IMG/VR virus record: IMGVR_UViG_3300034102_002786
Span: 18,413-82,412 of that record
Direction: 5' to 3' (one strand)
Length of the DNA: 64,000 nucleotides
Source of the DNA: a virus
Lineage: Duplodnaviria; Heunggongvirae; Uroviricota; Caudoviricetes
Part shown: positions 11,070-20,656 of the stretch, piece after piece
Numbering within the stretch: the first letter of the stretch is position 1
Layout of the letters: each line of letters opens with the position of its first letter
Translations under genes and position numbers: made by a program
The notes under the pieces: generated by a model
Databases searched by the model: none
The model's input: only the letters and a program-made list of their open reading frames with translations
Told to the model about the DNA's origin: nothing

Positions 11070-11828
11070 ATGAAAATATTAGTTATAGGAGATAGTTGTA
11101 AAGATGTATTCATTTATGGTAAAGCAAATAGACTTTGCCCTGAAGCTCCTGTACCTGTATTCATTCCACAAAGAAAGACTGAAACAGGTGGTATGGCAGC
11201 TAACGTATATGAAAATATAGAATCATTGGGTGTTGAAGTTGATTTAGTTACGAATTCGGAAGTTATTACTAAAACAAGATATGTTGAGGAAAAAACAAAC
11301 CATCAAATCATTAGAGTAGATTCTGATTCGGCCAAATCAAAAAGAGTAGAAGGACTAGAATATATTCCTTTTGAAAATTATTGCGCAGTTATTATATCAG
11401 ATTACAATAAAGGATTTTTAGAGTATGATGATATTGAGTATATTTGTTCAAAGCATGATATTGTATTCATTGATACTAAAAAGATTATTAATGAAAAAAT
11501 GTTAGGAGCTAGGTTCATTAAAATAAATGAGCATGAGTATGAAAACAATATCGCAGCTGGACAATACTTCAAAGAATTCTACGATAAATTAATTGTAACT
11601 ATGAGTGGAAAGGGATGTAAGTATATGGATAAAGAATACAATGTGGCAGAAGTTGAAGTTAGAGATAATAGTGGCGCCGGAGATTCATTTATTTCTGCAT
11701 TGGTAATTCAATATTGTAGAACAAATGATATTCAAAGTGCAATAATTTATGGTAATGAATGTGCCACAATAGCAGTTCAACATAAAGGAGTTACTAAAGT
11801 TGGTAAACATTTAAAAGCACTTCCATGA
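11070..11828 (+). CDS. PfkB-family sugar kinase resembling HldE domain I (heptose-7-phosphate kinase-like)
   Basis: ILVIGDSCKDVFIYGKANRLCPEAPVPVF and TGGMAANV match the RfaE/HldE kinase-domain pattern. A C-terminal GAGD anion-hole motif is present. Confidence 0.6.
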   Translation: MKILVIGDSCKDVFIYGKANRLCPEAPVPVFIPQRKTETGGMAANVYENIESLGVEVDLVTNSEVITKTRYVEEKTNHQIIRVDSDSAKSKRVEGLEYIPFENYCAVIISDYNKGFLEYDDIEYICSKHDIVFIDTKKIINEKMLGARFIKINEHEYENNIAAGQYFKEFYDKLIVTMSGKGCKYMDKEYNVAEVEVRDNSGAGDSFISALVIQYCRTNDIQSAIIYGNECATIAVQHKGVTKVGKHLKALP

Positions 11829-13201
11829 CAAAATTAATAATATTTGATTTGGATGGTGTATTGGTTGAAGCAAAACAAATACATTACGATACGCTTAATC
11901 AGGCTCTTAGAGAAACTGAAATCGTAACAGGTAATGAATATGTTATTACCGAAGCTGAGCATCTTTCAATTTATGATGGATTAAAGACAACCCAAAAATT
12001 AGAACTACTTACAAAAAATAAAGGACTACATCCTGAGTTTTATGACAATATTTGGTTTAGAAAACAACACCTAACAATTCAGGCAATATCACAATTGCAA
12101 ACAAATCATATATTGGTTTATCTATTTAATGAGTTGAGGGAAAGGGGGTATCAGCTCGCATGTTGCTCAAACTCAATTAGGCGCTCGGTATTGGTAATGC
12201 TTTCAAAGATAGGTCTTATTGAGTATATGGACTTAATCCTCTCCAATGAGGATGTAAAGAACTCTAAACCGCATCCTGAAATGTATTGGAAGGCTATGAG
12301 TATGATGGGTGTATTGCCGGAAGAAACCCTAATTGTAGAAGATTCTCCACATGGGTTATTGGCAGCAAGTAGAAGTAGAGCAAGTGTATTAAGAGTAGAT
12401 AACCCGCATGATTTGACATTGGAAAAAATAACAAACAAATTAAACGAAAAGAAAAGTATGAGTACACCAAAATGGCAAGGTGGTAAGATGAATGTATTAA
12501 TTCCAATGGCAGGAGCAGGAAGTAGATTTCAACAGGCAGGTTATACATTTCCAAAACCACTAATTGATGTGGAAGGTAAACCAATGATTCAGGTTGTAGT
12601 GGATAACTTAAATATAGAAGCTACATACATTTATGTAGTACAAAAAGAACATAGAGAAAAGTATAATTTAGATACTCTCCTAAACTTAATCACTCCTAAT
12701 TGTAAGATTGTAGAAGTTGATGGTTTGACTGAGGGAGCTGCTTGTACAACCCTATTAGCAAAAGAATATATTGATAACGATGCTCCATTGGTTATGGCAA
12801 ACTCTGACCAATTTGTAGAGTGGGATTCAAATGAGTTTATGTATAAGATGATTGAACAAAAAGTTGATGGTGGTATTGTTACTTTTAAAGCAACACATCC
12901 AAAATGGTCATTCGCTAAAGTAGATGACTATGGATATGTAACAGAAGTTGCGGAGAAGAATCCAATTTCAGATATAGCAACTGTTGGTGTTTATTATTGG
13001 GCTAAAGGTTCTGACTATGTTAAATATGCGGAACAAATGATTGATAAGAACATCAGAACTAACAACGAATTTTATACTTGTCCAACATTTAATGAAGCAA
13101 TTGAAGATGGTAAGAAAGTAAAAACATTTAACATTGAAAAAATGTGGGGATTGGGAACACCTGAGGATTTAAAATATTACTTAGAAAATTATAACAAATA
13201 A
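11825..13201 (+). CDS. bifunctional protein: HAD-family phosphatase/mutase domain fused to a sugar-1-phosphate nucleotidylyltransferase domain
   Basis: N-terminal IIFDLDGVLVEA is the HAD motif I. The C-terminal half begins MNVLIPMAGAGSRFQ..PKPLIDVEGKPMIQ, a nucleotidyltransferase G-x-G-x-R signature. Confidence 0.6.
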   Translation: MTKLIIFDLDGVLVEAKQIHYDTLNQALRETEIVTGNEYVITEAEHLSIYDGLKTTQKLELLTKNKGLHPEFYDNIWFRKQHLTIQAISQLQTNHILVYLFNELRERGYQLACCSNSIRRSVLVMLSKIGLIEYMDLILSNEDVKNSKPHPEMYWKAMSMMGVLPEETLIVEDSPHGLLAASRSRASVLRVDNPHDLTLEKITNKLNEKKSMSTPKWQGGKMNVLIPMAGAGSRFQQAGYTFPKPLIDVEGKPMIQVVVDNLNIEATYIYVVQKEHREKYNLDTLLNLITPNCKIVEVDGLTEGAACTTLLAKEYIDNDAPLVMANSDQFVEWDSNEFMYKMIEQKVDGGIVTFKATHPKWSFAKVDDYGYVTEVAEKNPISDIATVGVYYWAKGSDYVKYAEQMIDKNIRTNNEFYTCPTFNEAIEDGKKVKTFNIEKMWGLGTPEDLKYYLENYNK

Positions 13202-14427
13202 TGGCACAATATCAACGTATAACATTTATTATACCTTGCCGAAATAATTTAAAATATTTAAAGCAAGCAGTTAATAGTATTGAAGATTGTTATGGGGATA
13301 CTCATAACATAGTAATATTAGATGATGCTTCTAATGATGGAACTTGGGAATGGGTAAACAACCTAAATAAACCATACATTAAAACATATAGGAATGGTTC
13401 TGATAATAGAGTAGGACATACTGTACTTTATGATATTGGTATTAGATTAGCCGAAACTCCGGTAGTAACTATATTACATTCGGATATGATTGTAACTCAA
13501 AACTATGTTGGGAATATGCTAAAACATTTAAAACCAATGAGCGTAGTTTCAGCAACTCGTATTGAACCACCATTACATCCACCTGGTCCTGAAAAGTATG
13601 TAATGGATTTTGGTATGGAGCCGGAATCATTTGATAATGGTGCATTCCAAAAGTTCGTTTATGAAACCGAATATGTGATGGAAGATAAAACAACAAAAGG
13701 TATCTTTGCACCTTGGATGTTATATAAAGAAGATTTTGTTTGTATTGGTGGACATGACCTTTTATTCGCACCAATGGAGTTGGAAGATTCTGATATATTC
13801 AATAGATTTCATTTACAGCAATATGAGTTAATACAAAGTAGAGATGCTTTTGTATATCATATGACTTGTAGAGGTTCACGTTTCAAAGATGGCATTGAAA
13901 TAGAAAAGGTAATTGATTTACCAGATGGAACAAAATGGTATAAACCAAAAGATTCTGAAGAATATACAAAACTTCGTCAAAACAAATTTAGAGAATGGTG
14001 GAGAAAATGGCATACTGATGTTTTACATGATGAACTTATGATGCCAATTGTACCAAACAGATACGATACCTCATTTGTAGTTCATAATTGTACACCTTAT
14101 TTGTTAGGTGTTTTAGAACCTTGGTGTGACCATATTTACGTTGATTGTGATTTTTCTGCTTATATAGCAAACGAAGAAAATCAATCAATGTTCAAAATAT
14201 CAGAAAAGGTTCATAACATAGGAGATTTGATGAGAGGTGATGTACAAATATTGTTTGATGGCTCTAAATTAAAAAATGAACACTATGGGCAGTTTATAAA
14301 AAACATACCATTTATAATTCAACAAACGGATTCAATTGGTAGTTTTGAATGGGATATATTCCAAATACATATACTTAATTTAAGGACAAAAGATATGGTC
14401 CCACCATTTTTCAAAAACGTATTTTAA
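13201..14427 (+). CDS. glycosyltransferase family 2
   Basis: ITFIIPCRNN...ILDDASNDGT is the GT-A fold signature. Confidence 0.65.
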   Translation: MAQYQRITFIIPCRNNLKYLKQAVNSIEDCYGDTHNIVILDDASNDGTWEWVNNLNKPYIKTYRNGSDNRVGHTVLYDIGIRLAETPVVTILHSDMIVTQNYVGNMLKHLKPMSVVSATRIEPPLHPPGPEKYVMDFGMEPESFDNGAFQKFVYETEYVMEDKTTKGIFAPWMLYKEDFVCIGGHDLLFAPMELEDSDIFNRFHLQQYELIQSRDAFVYHMTCRGSRFKDGIEIEKVIDLPDGTKWYKPKDSEEYTKLRQNKFREWWRKWHTDVLHDELMMPIVPNRYDTSFVVHNCTPYLLGVLEPWCDHIYVDCDFSAYIANEENQSMFKISEKVHNIGDLMRGDVQILFDGSKLKNEHYGQFIKNIPFIIQQTDSIGSFEWDIFQIHILNLRTKDMVPPFFKNVF

Positions 14428-14428
14428 T

Positions 14429-15277
14429 ATGAATATAATTGTAACAGGAGGAGTTGGTTTTGTTGGAACTAATTTAGTAAAAAGGTTAAAAGAAGAAGGG
14501 CACAAAGTAATTGTAATAGATGATTATTCTGTTGGAGTGGTTGATAATCAAATTGAAGGAGTAAGATACCTTCCTATGAATGTAGAGCAAATTGATTTTA
14601 TCAAAGGCGATGAAGTTGATTTATGCTTTCACTTAGCAGCATTAAGTAGAATACAACCATCATTTGAAACTCCATCGGATTTCTTTAGAGTAAACGTAAG
14701 TGGTACTGAAGCTGTATGTGATTGGGCTAGAAAGTGGAATGTAAAAGTAGTATATAGTGGTTCATCTTCACAATGGCATGACCCATTTCAATCACCTTAC
14801 GCAATGTATAAAAAGTTAGGTGAGGATGTATGTAAGATGTATCGTAAAGTATTTGGAACTAACATTGAGATTGCAAGATTTTATAATGTGTATGGTCCAT
14901 ACGAAATTACTGATGGTAAGTGGGCAGCTGTAATTGGTAAGTGGAGAGGTCAATGTATAACACAAAAAGCAATAACTATTGTTGGTGACGGTAAACAACG
15001 TAGAGATTTCACTCATATTGATGATATTGTTGATGGATTAATTAAAATAGGATTTGGAACTGAAACACATGAAGATGCATGGGAGTTGGGAACTGGTTTT
15101 AACTATTCACTTAATGAGGTTGCTGATATGTTTGTTAAAAAGTTTGGCGTTGATAAAGTTTATATGCCTAACCAAAAAGGTAATTATAGAGAAACTTGTA
15201 GAGAAAATAACGATGCTTTGGAGAGATTAAATTGGAAACCAACCGATAAATTAAAAGATTATATAAATTCATTATGA
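14429..15277 (+). CDS. NAD-dependent epimerase/dehydratase (short SDR)
   Basis: IVTGGVGFVGTNLV Rossmann motif. Confidence 0.7.
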   Translation: MNIIVTGGVGFVGTNLVKRLKEEGHKVIVIDDYSVGVVDNQIEGVRYLPMNVEQIDFIKGDEVDLCFHLAALSRIQPSFETPSDFFRVNVSGTEAVCDWARKWNVKVVYSGSSSQWHDPFQSPYAMYKKLGEDVCKMYRKVFGTNIEIARFYNVYGPYEITDGKWAAVIGKWRGQCITQKAITIVGDGKQRRDFTHIDDIVDGLIKIGFGTETHEDAWELGTGFNYSLNEVADMFVKKFGVDKVYMPNQKGNYRETCRENNDALERLNWKPTDKLKDYINSL

Positions 15278-16176
15278 AAAAAAGAACCCTAATTTGTATC
15301 CATGTAATGCCATCCGAAATGGAAATGTTTGAAAGACTTATGATTCAAATGCATAAAGCCTTTAAATATCTTAATAACGATGATGATGTTACAATTAAAG
15401 CCACACTAAACCTAAATCCAAAATTAACAGATTGGGATAATAGCGAATACAAACAATCATATTTTGTAGCCAGATTTGGTGTTCTTTTTAATGGATTAAA
15501 AAATATAAATGAAATTATATTAGATACATCTTGTTGGGGAACTACACAACAAAAGAGAGAAAGTTATAAATTGGATTATGACCAATTTATATTTTGTGAT
15601 ACTGATATTCTGTTTCACGAACATATGTTACGATACCAATTGGATGTATCTTACAAATTAGATGGTATTTATTTATTATCTCCATCTTTACCAAAATGGT
15701 GGGATACTAGTTGGGACTACTTAACACATTCTGAATATTTAGATAAACCATTTGGATATGCAATAGATTCAAAAGAAGTTATTGAAAATACATACAATCA
15801 AAAAATTAATTTTATAAGTGCAAAGCAAATTCCAACACTTAAATTTGGATGTGGAATGCATACTTTATATTCTAAATCATTTTGGGAATTAGTAGATATT
15901 CCGGAATCATTTGGGGGATATGGGCCTGAAGATACATATGGGATGGAAGCCGGAAAGATAGCAATAAAATTAGGATACAATGTACAACAATTTGTATTAG
16001 ATGGGGTTTATATAACAGAGGATTATATTAATAGGGTACCTGAATTTGCTGATAAAATAAAACCAATAGATAAGAAAAAGGAGTTTTATGATAGGGCCTA
16101 TGATATAGCAAGACAAGAAATTTCAACATTCGCTACAAAATTAATTCAAAAAAATCAACCTAATCTTCAAATCTAA
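15274..16176 (+). CDS. hypothetical protein (last gene of the glycan operon)
   Basis: 300-aa ORF; no motif recognised. Confidence 0.5.
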   Translation: MKKRTLICIHVMPSEMEMFERLMIQMHKAFKYLNNDDDVTIKATLNLNPKLTDWDNSEYKQSYFVARFGVLFNGLKNINEIILDTSCWGTTQQKRESYKLDYDQFIFCDTDILFHEHMLRYQLDVSYKLDGIYLLSPSLPKWWDTSWDYLTHSEYLDKPFGYAIDSKEVIENTYNQKINFISAKQIPTLKFGCGMHTLYSKSFWELVDIPESFGGYGPEDTYGMEAGKIAIKLGYNVQQFVLDGVYITEDYINRVPEFADKIKPIDKKKEFYDRAYDIARQEISTFATKLIQKNQPNLQI

Positions 16177-16202
16177 TATTTATTATCGTAAAATTAGATG
16201 AA

Positions 16203-16529
16203 ATGAATATAAAAGAGCAAATTAGAGCTATAATAAGAGAAAACTTCATAAAAGAGATGGGTATTAACGATACTCACCTTAAAGCTATTATGAAATACTA
16301 TGATAGAGGTACTCCATCTACAAAGAAGCAAGTAGCTATTGTAGTAACTGGAAAGAAAACATCAAATAGAGGTCAGATTCTAAATGACCTTATGGATATG
16401 GACTACCATGAAATTTTGGATACCGAAAAGAGATTGAAGTATGTAAAAGAATACTTCGATAAGAAAGGACAAGAAAGAGTTGCAGCAGCGTTACCTCAAA
16501 CTGAAGAAGAACCACAAAAAGACATCTAA
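16203..16529 (+). CDS. hypothetical protein
   Basis: 108-aa ORF. Confidence 0.45.
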   Translation: MNIKEQIRAIIRENFIKEMGINDTHLKAIMKYYDRGTPSTKKQVAIVVTGKKTSNRGQILNDLMDMDYHEILDTEKRLKYVKEYFDKKGQERVAAALPQTEEEPQKDI

Positions 16530-16841
16530 ATGGAAAACATATATTCGGTATTAATAACGGCAATCACAGTATTAAGTGGAACAACCGCATTTCGTTACTA
16601 TGAAAAGAGAGCAATGCGTAAGGAGAAAGATGATGAGTTTATCAGACATGATTGCAAAGACCGTATTACTAAATTAGAAGCACTTCTCGCCGCATCTTCC
16701 AGAGAGAAGGATGAATTACGAAAGATGGTTTTGGATATGACAGCTAAAGTAGCTGAATTGAGTGTTAAAGTGGAATTCCTTACCAAAGAGAATGATAAAT
16801 TAGTAAAGACTCCAAGAAACAAAAAATTATTAAACGGATAA
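16530..16841 (+). CDS. hypothetical protein with N-terminal transmembrane helix and coiled coil
   Basis: 103-aa ORF; hydrophobic N-terminus followed by a heptad-like region. Confidence 0.45.
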   Translation: MENIYSVLITAITVLSGTTAFRYYEKRAMRKEKDDEFIRHDCKDRITKLEALLAASSREKDELRKMVLDMTAKVAELSVKVEFLTKENDKLVKTPRNKKLLNG

Positions 16842-16844
16842 GAA

Positions 16845-17135
16845 ATGGCAAATGTATCACTTAAATCATTATTAGTAGAAGTATCTAATCCTAAATTGGA
16901 AAAGATAGTAAAACAAACTTTAGGTAGTAAAGTTCGTCTTGAGCACTTTAAGGATAAAATGTGGATTGTAGCTCCGGGTGATTTTTATTCTAAGACCAGA
17001 TTAAATCAAATGGTAGATGATTTAATTGAAGCTATACCAGCAGCAATGTTAGCAGCTCCCGTTGGTGATAGAGGACCTATACGATTAGGTACTGGTGGAG
17101 CTACTGAAGGATTTATTGTAATTAAATTAAAATAA
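16845..17135 (+). CDS. hypothetical protein
   Basis: 96-aa ORF. Confidence 0.45.
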   Translation: MANVSLKSLLVEVSNPKLEKIVKQTLGSKVRLEHFKDKMWIVAPGDFYSKTRLNQMVDDLIEAIPAAMLAAPVGDRGPIRLGTGGATEGFIVIKLK

Positions 17136-17144
17136 TAGGTTTTA

Positions 17145-17876
17145 ATGCCAATCTCAAGAACTTTATTTACTGAAGATAAGAAGTTAAGGGTATTTGATTT
17201 TGATGATACACTTGTCAAAACATCTTCTTTTATATATGTAACTCATAAAGATGGTAAGAAATCAAAATTAAGTCCTGGTCAATATGCTGTTTACAAAGAA
17301 AGACCTGGTGATGTATTTGATTATGCCGATTTTCAAAAGGTATCAAATCCAAAGTTAATTAAAGGGTATTTTGAATTATTAAAAAGAATGTCTGCATCTG
17401 ATAGCGGTAGAACTATTTACATTCTTACTGCTAGGAGTGCATATAAACCTGTTTATGACTTTATTAGAGATTTAGGAATTCGTAATTTAAATGTTGTTGC
17501 TTTAGGTGATGCTGATCCTGAAAAGAAAGCAGACTGGATTGAAGCAAAAGTAAGGGATGAGAAGTATGATGATGTTTTCTTTGTAGATGATTCAATTAAA
17601 AATGTTGAGGCAGTACGAAAAAGATTAAAAAAGTACCCAAACATAAAACAAAAGATTCAGCATGTAAAATCAAAAGAAGAATCTCAACCTAAAGTATTTA
17701 ATCCAATATCACAAAATTGGCATTCTTTTATGCAGAAATCACAAAAAGAAAAAGATACGATTTTAAATAAAAGAATTAAAAATCCTGAAACAAACAAAGA
17801 TATAAAAATTGCATCTGCTTTACGTTATGATAAAGACTCCAAAGTTTATAAAGCAGCTATACAACAAATTAAATAA
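17145..17876 (+). CDS. HAD-like phosphatase (putative, PNK-phosphatase-like)
   Basis: VFDFDDTLV is a DxDxT HAD motif I near the N-terminus. Confidence 0.4.
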   Translation: MPISRTLFTEDKKLRVFDFDDTLVKTSSFIYVTHKDGKKSKLSPGQYAVYKERPGDVFDYADFQKVSNPKLIKGYFELLKRMSASDSGRTIYILTARSAYKPVYDFIRDLGIRNLNVVALGDADPEKKADWIEAKVRDEKYDDVFFVDDSIKNVEAVRKRLKKYPNIKQKIQHVKSKEESQPKVFNPISQNWHSFMQKSQKEKDTILNKRIKNPETNKDIKIASALRYDKDSKVYKAAIQQIK

Positions 17877-17879
17877 TAT

Positions 17880-18152
17880 ATGGGAGTATCAATAGTTATA
17901 GTGGACTGTACAAAGCAGGACATAAATAAGGCTCTTAAAGAATTCAAAAGAAAGGTTATTAAGTCTGGGCATATAATAGAATTAAAAAACCGAAAGGAAT
18001 ACACTAAGCCCACAACTCAAAAGAGAGAAGAAAAACAAAAGGCTATTCGTAGAAATCAAAGAGAAGTAATTTTGGACAAAATTGCTATCGGAACACTTTC
18101 TGAATCAGCATTGGGAACTAAGAAGAAGAAAAGGGGATTTTCTCAAGATTAA
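17880..18152 (+). CDS. hypothetical protein
   Basis: 90-aa basic ORF. Confidence 0.45.
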   Translation: MGVSIVIVDCTKQDINKALKEFKRKVIKSGHIIELKNRKEYTKPTTQKREEKQKAIRRNQREVILDKIAIGTLSESALGTKKKKRGFSQD

Positions 18153-18218
18153 AATCATTTCTTTTAGTATTTGAATATATTTACTGTTATAACATTACAA
18201 AAATAACATAAAAGAACC

Positions 18219-20609
18219 ATGTCATTAATATTAAGAATTCCTAAAGGCTCTCCACTTACAGCTTCCGAAATGGATGCCAACTTTTCTTATCTTGAAAATT
18301 TGATAAATATTGGAACATCCGGTACTGGCGGTTCTGCTGGCTCAGGTGGCTCATCTGGTTCAAGCGGAAGTAGTGGTACAAGTGGGTCAAACGGAAGTAG
18401 TGGCTCAAGTGGCTCTAGCGGTACTAATGCAAGTGCAGGTTCATCTGGTTCATCTGGTAGTAGTGGTTTATCACAAAATGGTACTGATGGTTCAAGCGGT
18501 TCAAGCGGCTCATCGGGTAGTTCAGGAGAAAGTGGTAGTAGTGGTTCAAGCGGCTCAAGTGGTTCATCCGGTCAAAGTGGGACATCTGGTGTAAATGGAG
18601 AAAATGGTACATTCTTTGGAACTTCGGGAAGTTCTGGTTCATCTGGAGTGAATGGTGTACAAGGTTCACCTGGTTCTTCTGGTTCAAGCGGCTCAAGTGG
18701 AGAAAGTAGTTCAAGCGGTTCAAGCGGTTCAAGCGGTTCAAGCGGAATTTCGGGAGATTCTGGTACAAGTGGTGTAAATGGTACATCTGGTTCTTCTGGT
18801 AGTAGTGGATTACCTGGTTCATCAGGTTCTAGCGGCTCATCGGGTACAAATGGTTCACAAGGAAGTGATGGCTCAAGTGGGTCATCAGGTTCTAGCGGTG
18901 GTCCGGGATTGCCTGGTACTGATGGTTCAAGCGGAAGTAGTGGCTCAAGCGGTACAAGCGGCTCAAGCGGAAGTAGTGGGTCATCGGGTAGTAGCGGTAC
19001 TGATGGTGCTGGTACATCTGGCTCGAGCGGCTCAAGCGGTACAAGCGGAACTTCCGGTAATGGTTCGCCAGGAACTTCTGGCACAAGCGGTACATCTGGC
19101 ACAAGCGGCTCATCTGGTGAAAATGGTACAAGTGGCTCAAGCGGTAGTAGTGGTTCATCGGGTACAAGTTTACTTCCATTATCAGGCAGTACAAATAATG
19201 GTCTAATAACTTATTTACCGGCTGGAAGTGGAAGTGTTGAAACTAATCTTACATTTGATGCAGTAACAAATACTTTATCCGTTTATGGTAAAGCACATAT
19301 TAGTGAATTTGTAAGTGCATCTGGGGTTTATTTATCACAATCAGCAAATCCTGAAATTGTTTCTCCATCATCGTTAAGTTTGACAGCAGCAACTGTAGTA
19401 TTAATTTCATCATCATCACTTAGGTTGGCATCTTTTACAAACGCTCAAACCAATAGTTTAGTATTAGGTGAGGGACAGTTGATTTATAATTCAAGTGAAG
19501 CAAAAATTATGGGTTATACGGATTCTAAATGGAGACCGATAGCTTATGATGAAATAGTAACAGCTATTAATACATTTACAGGTTCAGCTAGAATTGAATT
19601 AAATAATATAGAATCTTACACTGCTTCATTAAAAGCAGTAGCTATTGTTTCATCATCAACTCAAATACAAAACTATGATGTATTTGCTTTAAACTCAAAT
19701 TTATATGAATCAACTGGTTCTATAAAAGGAGAAATTTCGGCAATAGAATTATATACTGCTTCATTAAAAGCAGTAGATATTGTATCTTCATCAACCCAAA
19801 TATCAAACTATTATAAATTTGCAGAAACCGCATCGGCAAACACTTTTTATGGTACTCAAACAATTAGTGGTTCATTTAACTTAACCGGTTCAATGATACA
19901 AAGTGGATTAAGCACACTAATTGGTAACACTATATTAAGTGGTAGTATTCAAATGAGTGGGTCAACCGTTCAAACTGGAGACAACACGCTAATTGGTAAT
20001 ACTGTATTAAGTGGTTCTGTTTTTGTAAGTGGTAGCACGCACTTCCAAAATTCAATAATGACCGTAACGGGTTCATCATACTTTACTGGTTCAATGTATG
20101 TTGATGGTGATTTTTACAAAAATAGACAGAAGCAGTTTAATTTCCTATCATTGGTAAATACGGGTTCGTTATTACTAACACAAAACCAATTGTATTCCGC
20201 ATCTTTTGTTAATGGAGTATCACCATTATATGTAAAAAGTGGTATGTATTTAAGTGGAAGCGCTGGCGCGAATACTTATACGAAAATAGTTTTTGAACAT
20301 ACTGGTATTTACAACTTCCAATATAGTATTCAAATGGATACTAACGATAATCAGATTGCAACCCTTCATACTTGGTTTGCAAAAAATGGAACTGATGTTG
20401 AGTATTCTAACTCCGTATTTGGTGTAGCTAATAACGGATATAGTATTGGTTCAATGAATTTAATATATACTATGGAATCTGGTAGTTATATGGAGTTACG
20501 ATATGCAACTTCGGATACTAATTTAGAATTAGCAAGTGTTAGTAGTTCATTGGTTCCTGTTAGACCTATAGCGCCAGCCATCATAGCAACTGTAACACAA
20601 GTAGCATAA
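18219..20609 (+). CDS. collagen-like repeat fibre protein (putative tail or virion fibre), with an N-terminal attachment-like domain, ~300 aa of G-S/T-S triplets and a C-terminal globular domain
   Basis: 796-aa ORF. The N-terminus SLILRIPKGSPLTASEMDANFSYLENL resembles conserved phage fibre N-termini. Residues ~30-310 are uninterrupted Gly-X-Y triplets in which X and Y are almost only Ser, Thr, Asn, Asp or Glu. Confidence 0.75.
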   Translation: MSLILRIPKGSPLTASEMDANFSYLENLINIGTSGTGGSAGSGGSSGSSGSSGTSGSNGSSGSSGSSGTNASAGSSGSSGSSGLSQNGTDGSSGSSGSSGSSGESGSSGSSGSSGSSGQSGTSGVNGENGTFFGTSGSSGSSGVNGVQGSPGSSGSSGSSGESSSSGSSGSSGSSGISGDSGTSGVNGTSGSSGSSGLPGSSGSSGSSGTNGSQGSDGSSGSSGSSGGPGLPGTDGSSGSSGSSGTSGSSGSSGSSGSSGTDGAGTSGSSGSSGTSGTSGNGSPGTSGTSGTSGTSGSSGENGTSGSSGSSGSSGTSLLPLSGSTNNGLITYLPAGSGSVETNLTFDAVTNTLSVYGKAHISEFVSASGVYLSQSANPEIVSPSSLSLTAATVVLISSSSLRLASFTNAQTNSLVLGEGQLIYNSSEAKIMGYTDSKWRPIAYDEIVTAINTFTGSARIELNNIESYTASLKAVAIVSSSTQIQNYDVFALNSNLYESTGSIKGEISAIELYTASLKAVDIVSSSTQISNYYKFAETASANTFYGTQTISGSFNLTGSMIQSGLSTLIGNTILSGSIQMSGSTVQTGDNTLIGNTVLSGSVFVSGSTHFQNSIMTVTGSSYFTGSMYVDGDFYKNRQKQFNFLSLVNTGSLLLTQNQLYSASFVNGVSPLYVKSGMYLSGSAGANTYTKIVFEHTGIYNFQYSIQMDTNDNQIATLHTWFAKNGTDVEYSNSVFGVANNGYSIGSMNLIYTMESGSYMELRYATSDTNLELASVSSSLVPVRPIAPAIIATVTQVA
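18300..19200 (+). repeat. coding low-complexity repeat (GGN-AGY-AGY)n encoding (Gly-Ser-Ser)n
   Basis: Repeated ggttcaagcggctcaagtgg-type units. The repeat creates spurious ORFs in all six frames of the track. Confidence 0.85.
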
Positions 20610-20656
20610 TTTATTTTAAATTATTTTAAAATAAAATACTTATGTAAAACAAAGTT

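Noticed and set aside
18310-19206. Five additional ORFs (three on the + strand in other frames, two on the minus strand) of 94-176 aa inside the fibre gene repeat region
   Set aside because: They are artefacts of the (GGN AGY AGY)n nucleotide repeat, which is open in all frames. The translations are low-complexity (VLLAQV..., PLEPLEPL...) and fully nested in a well-supported 796-aa gene.
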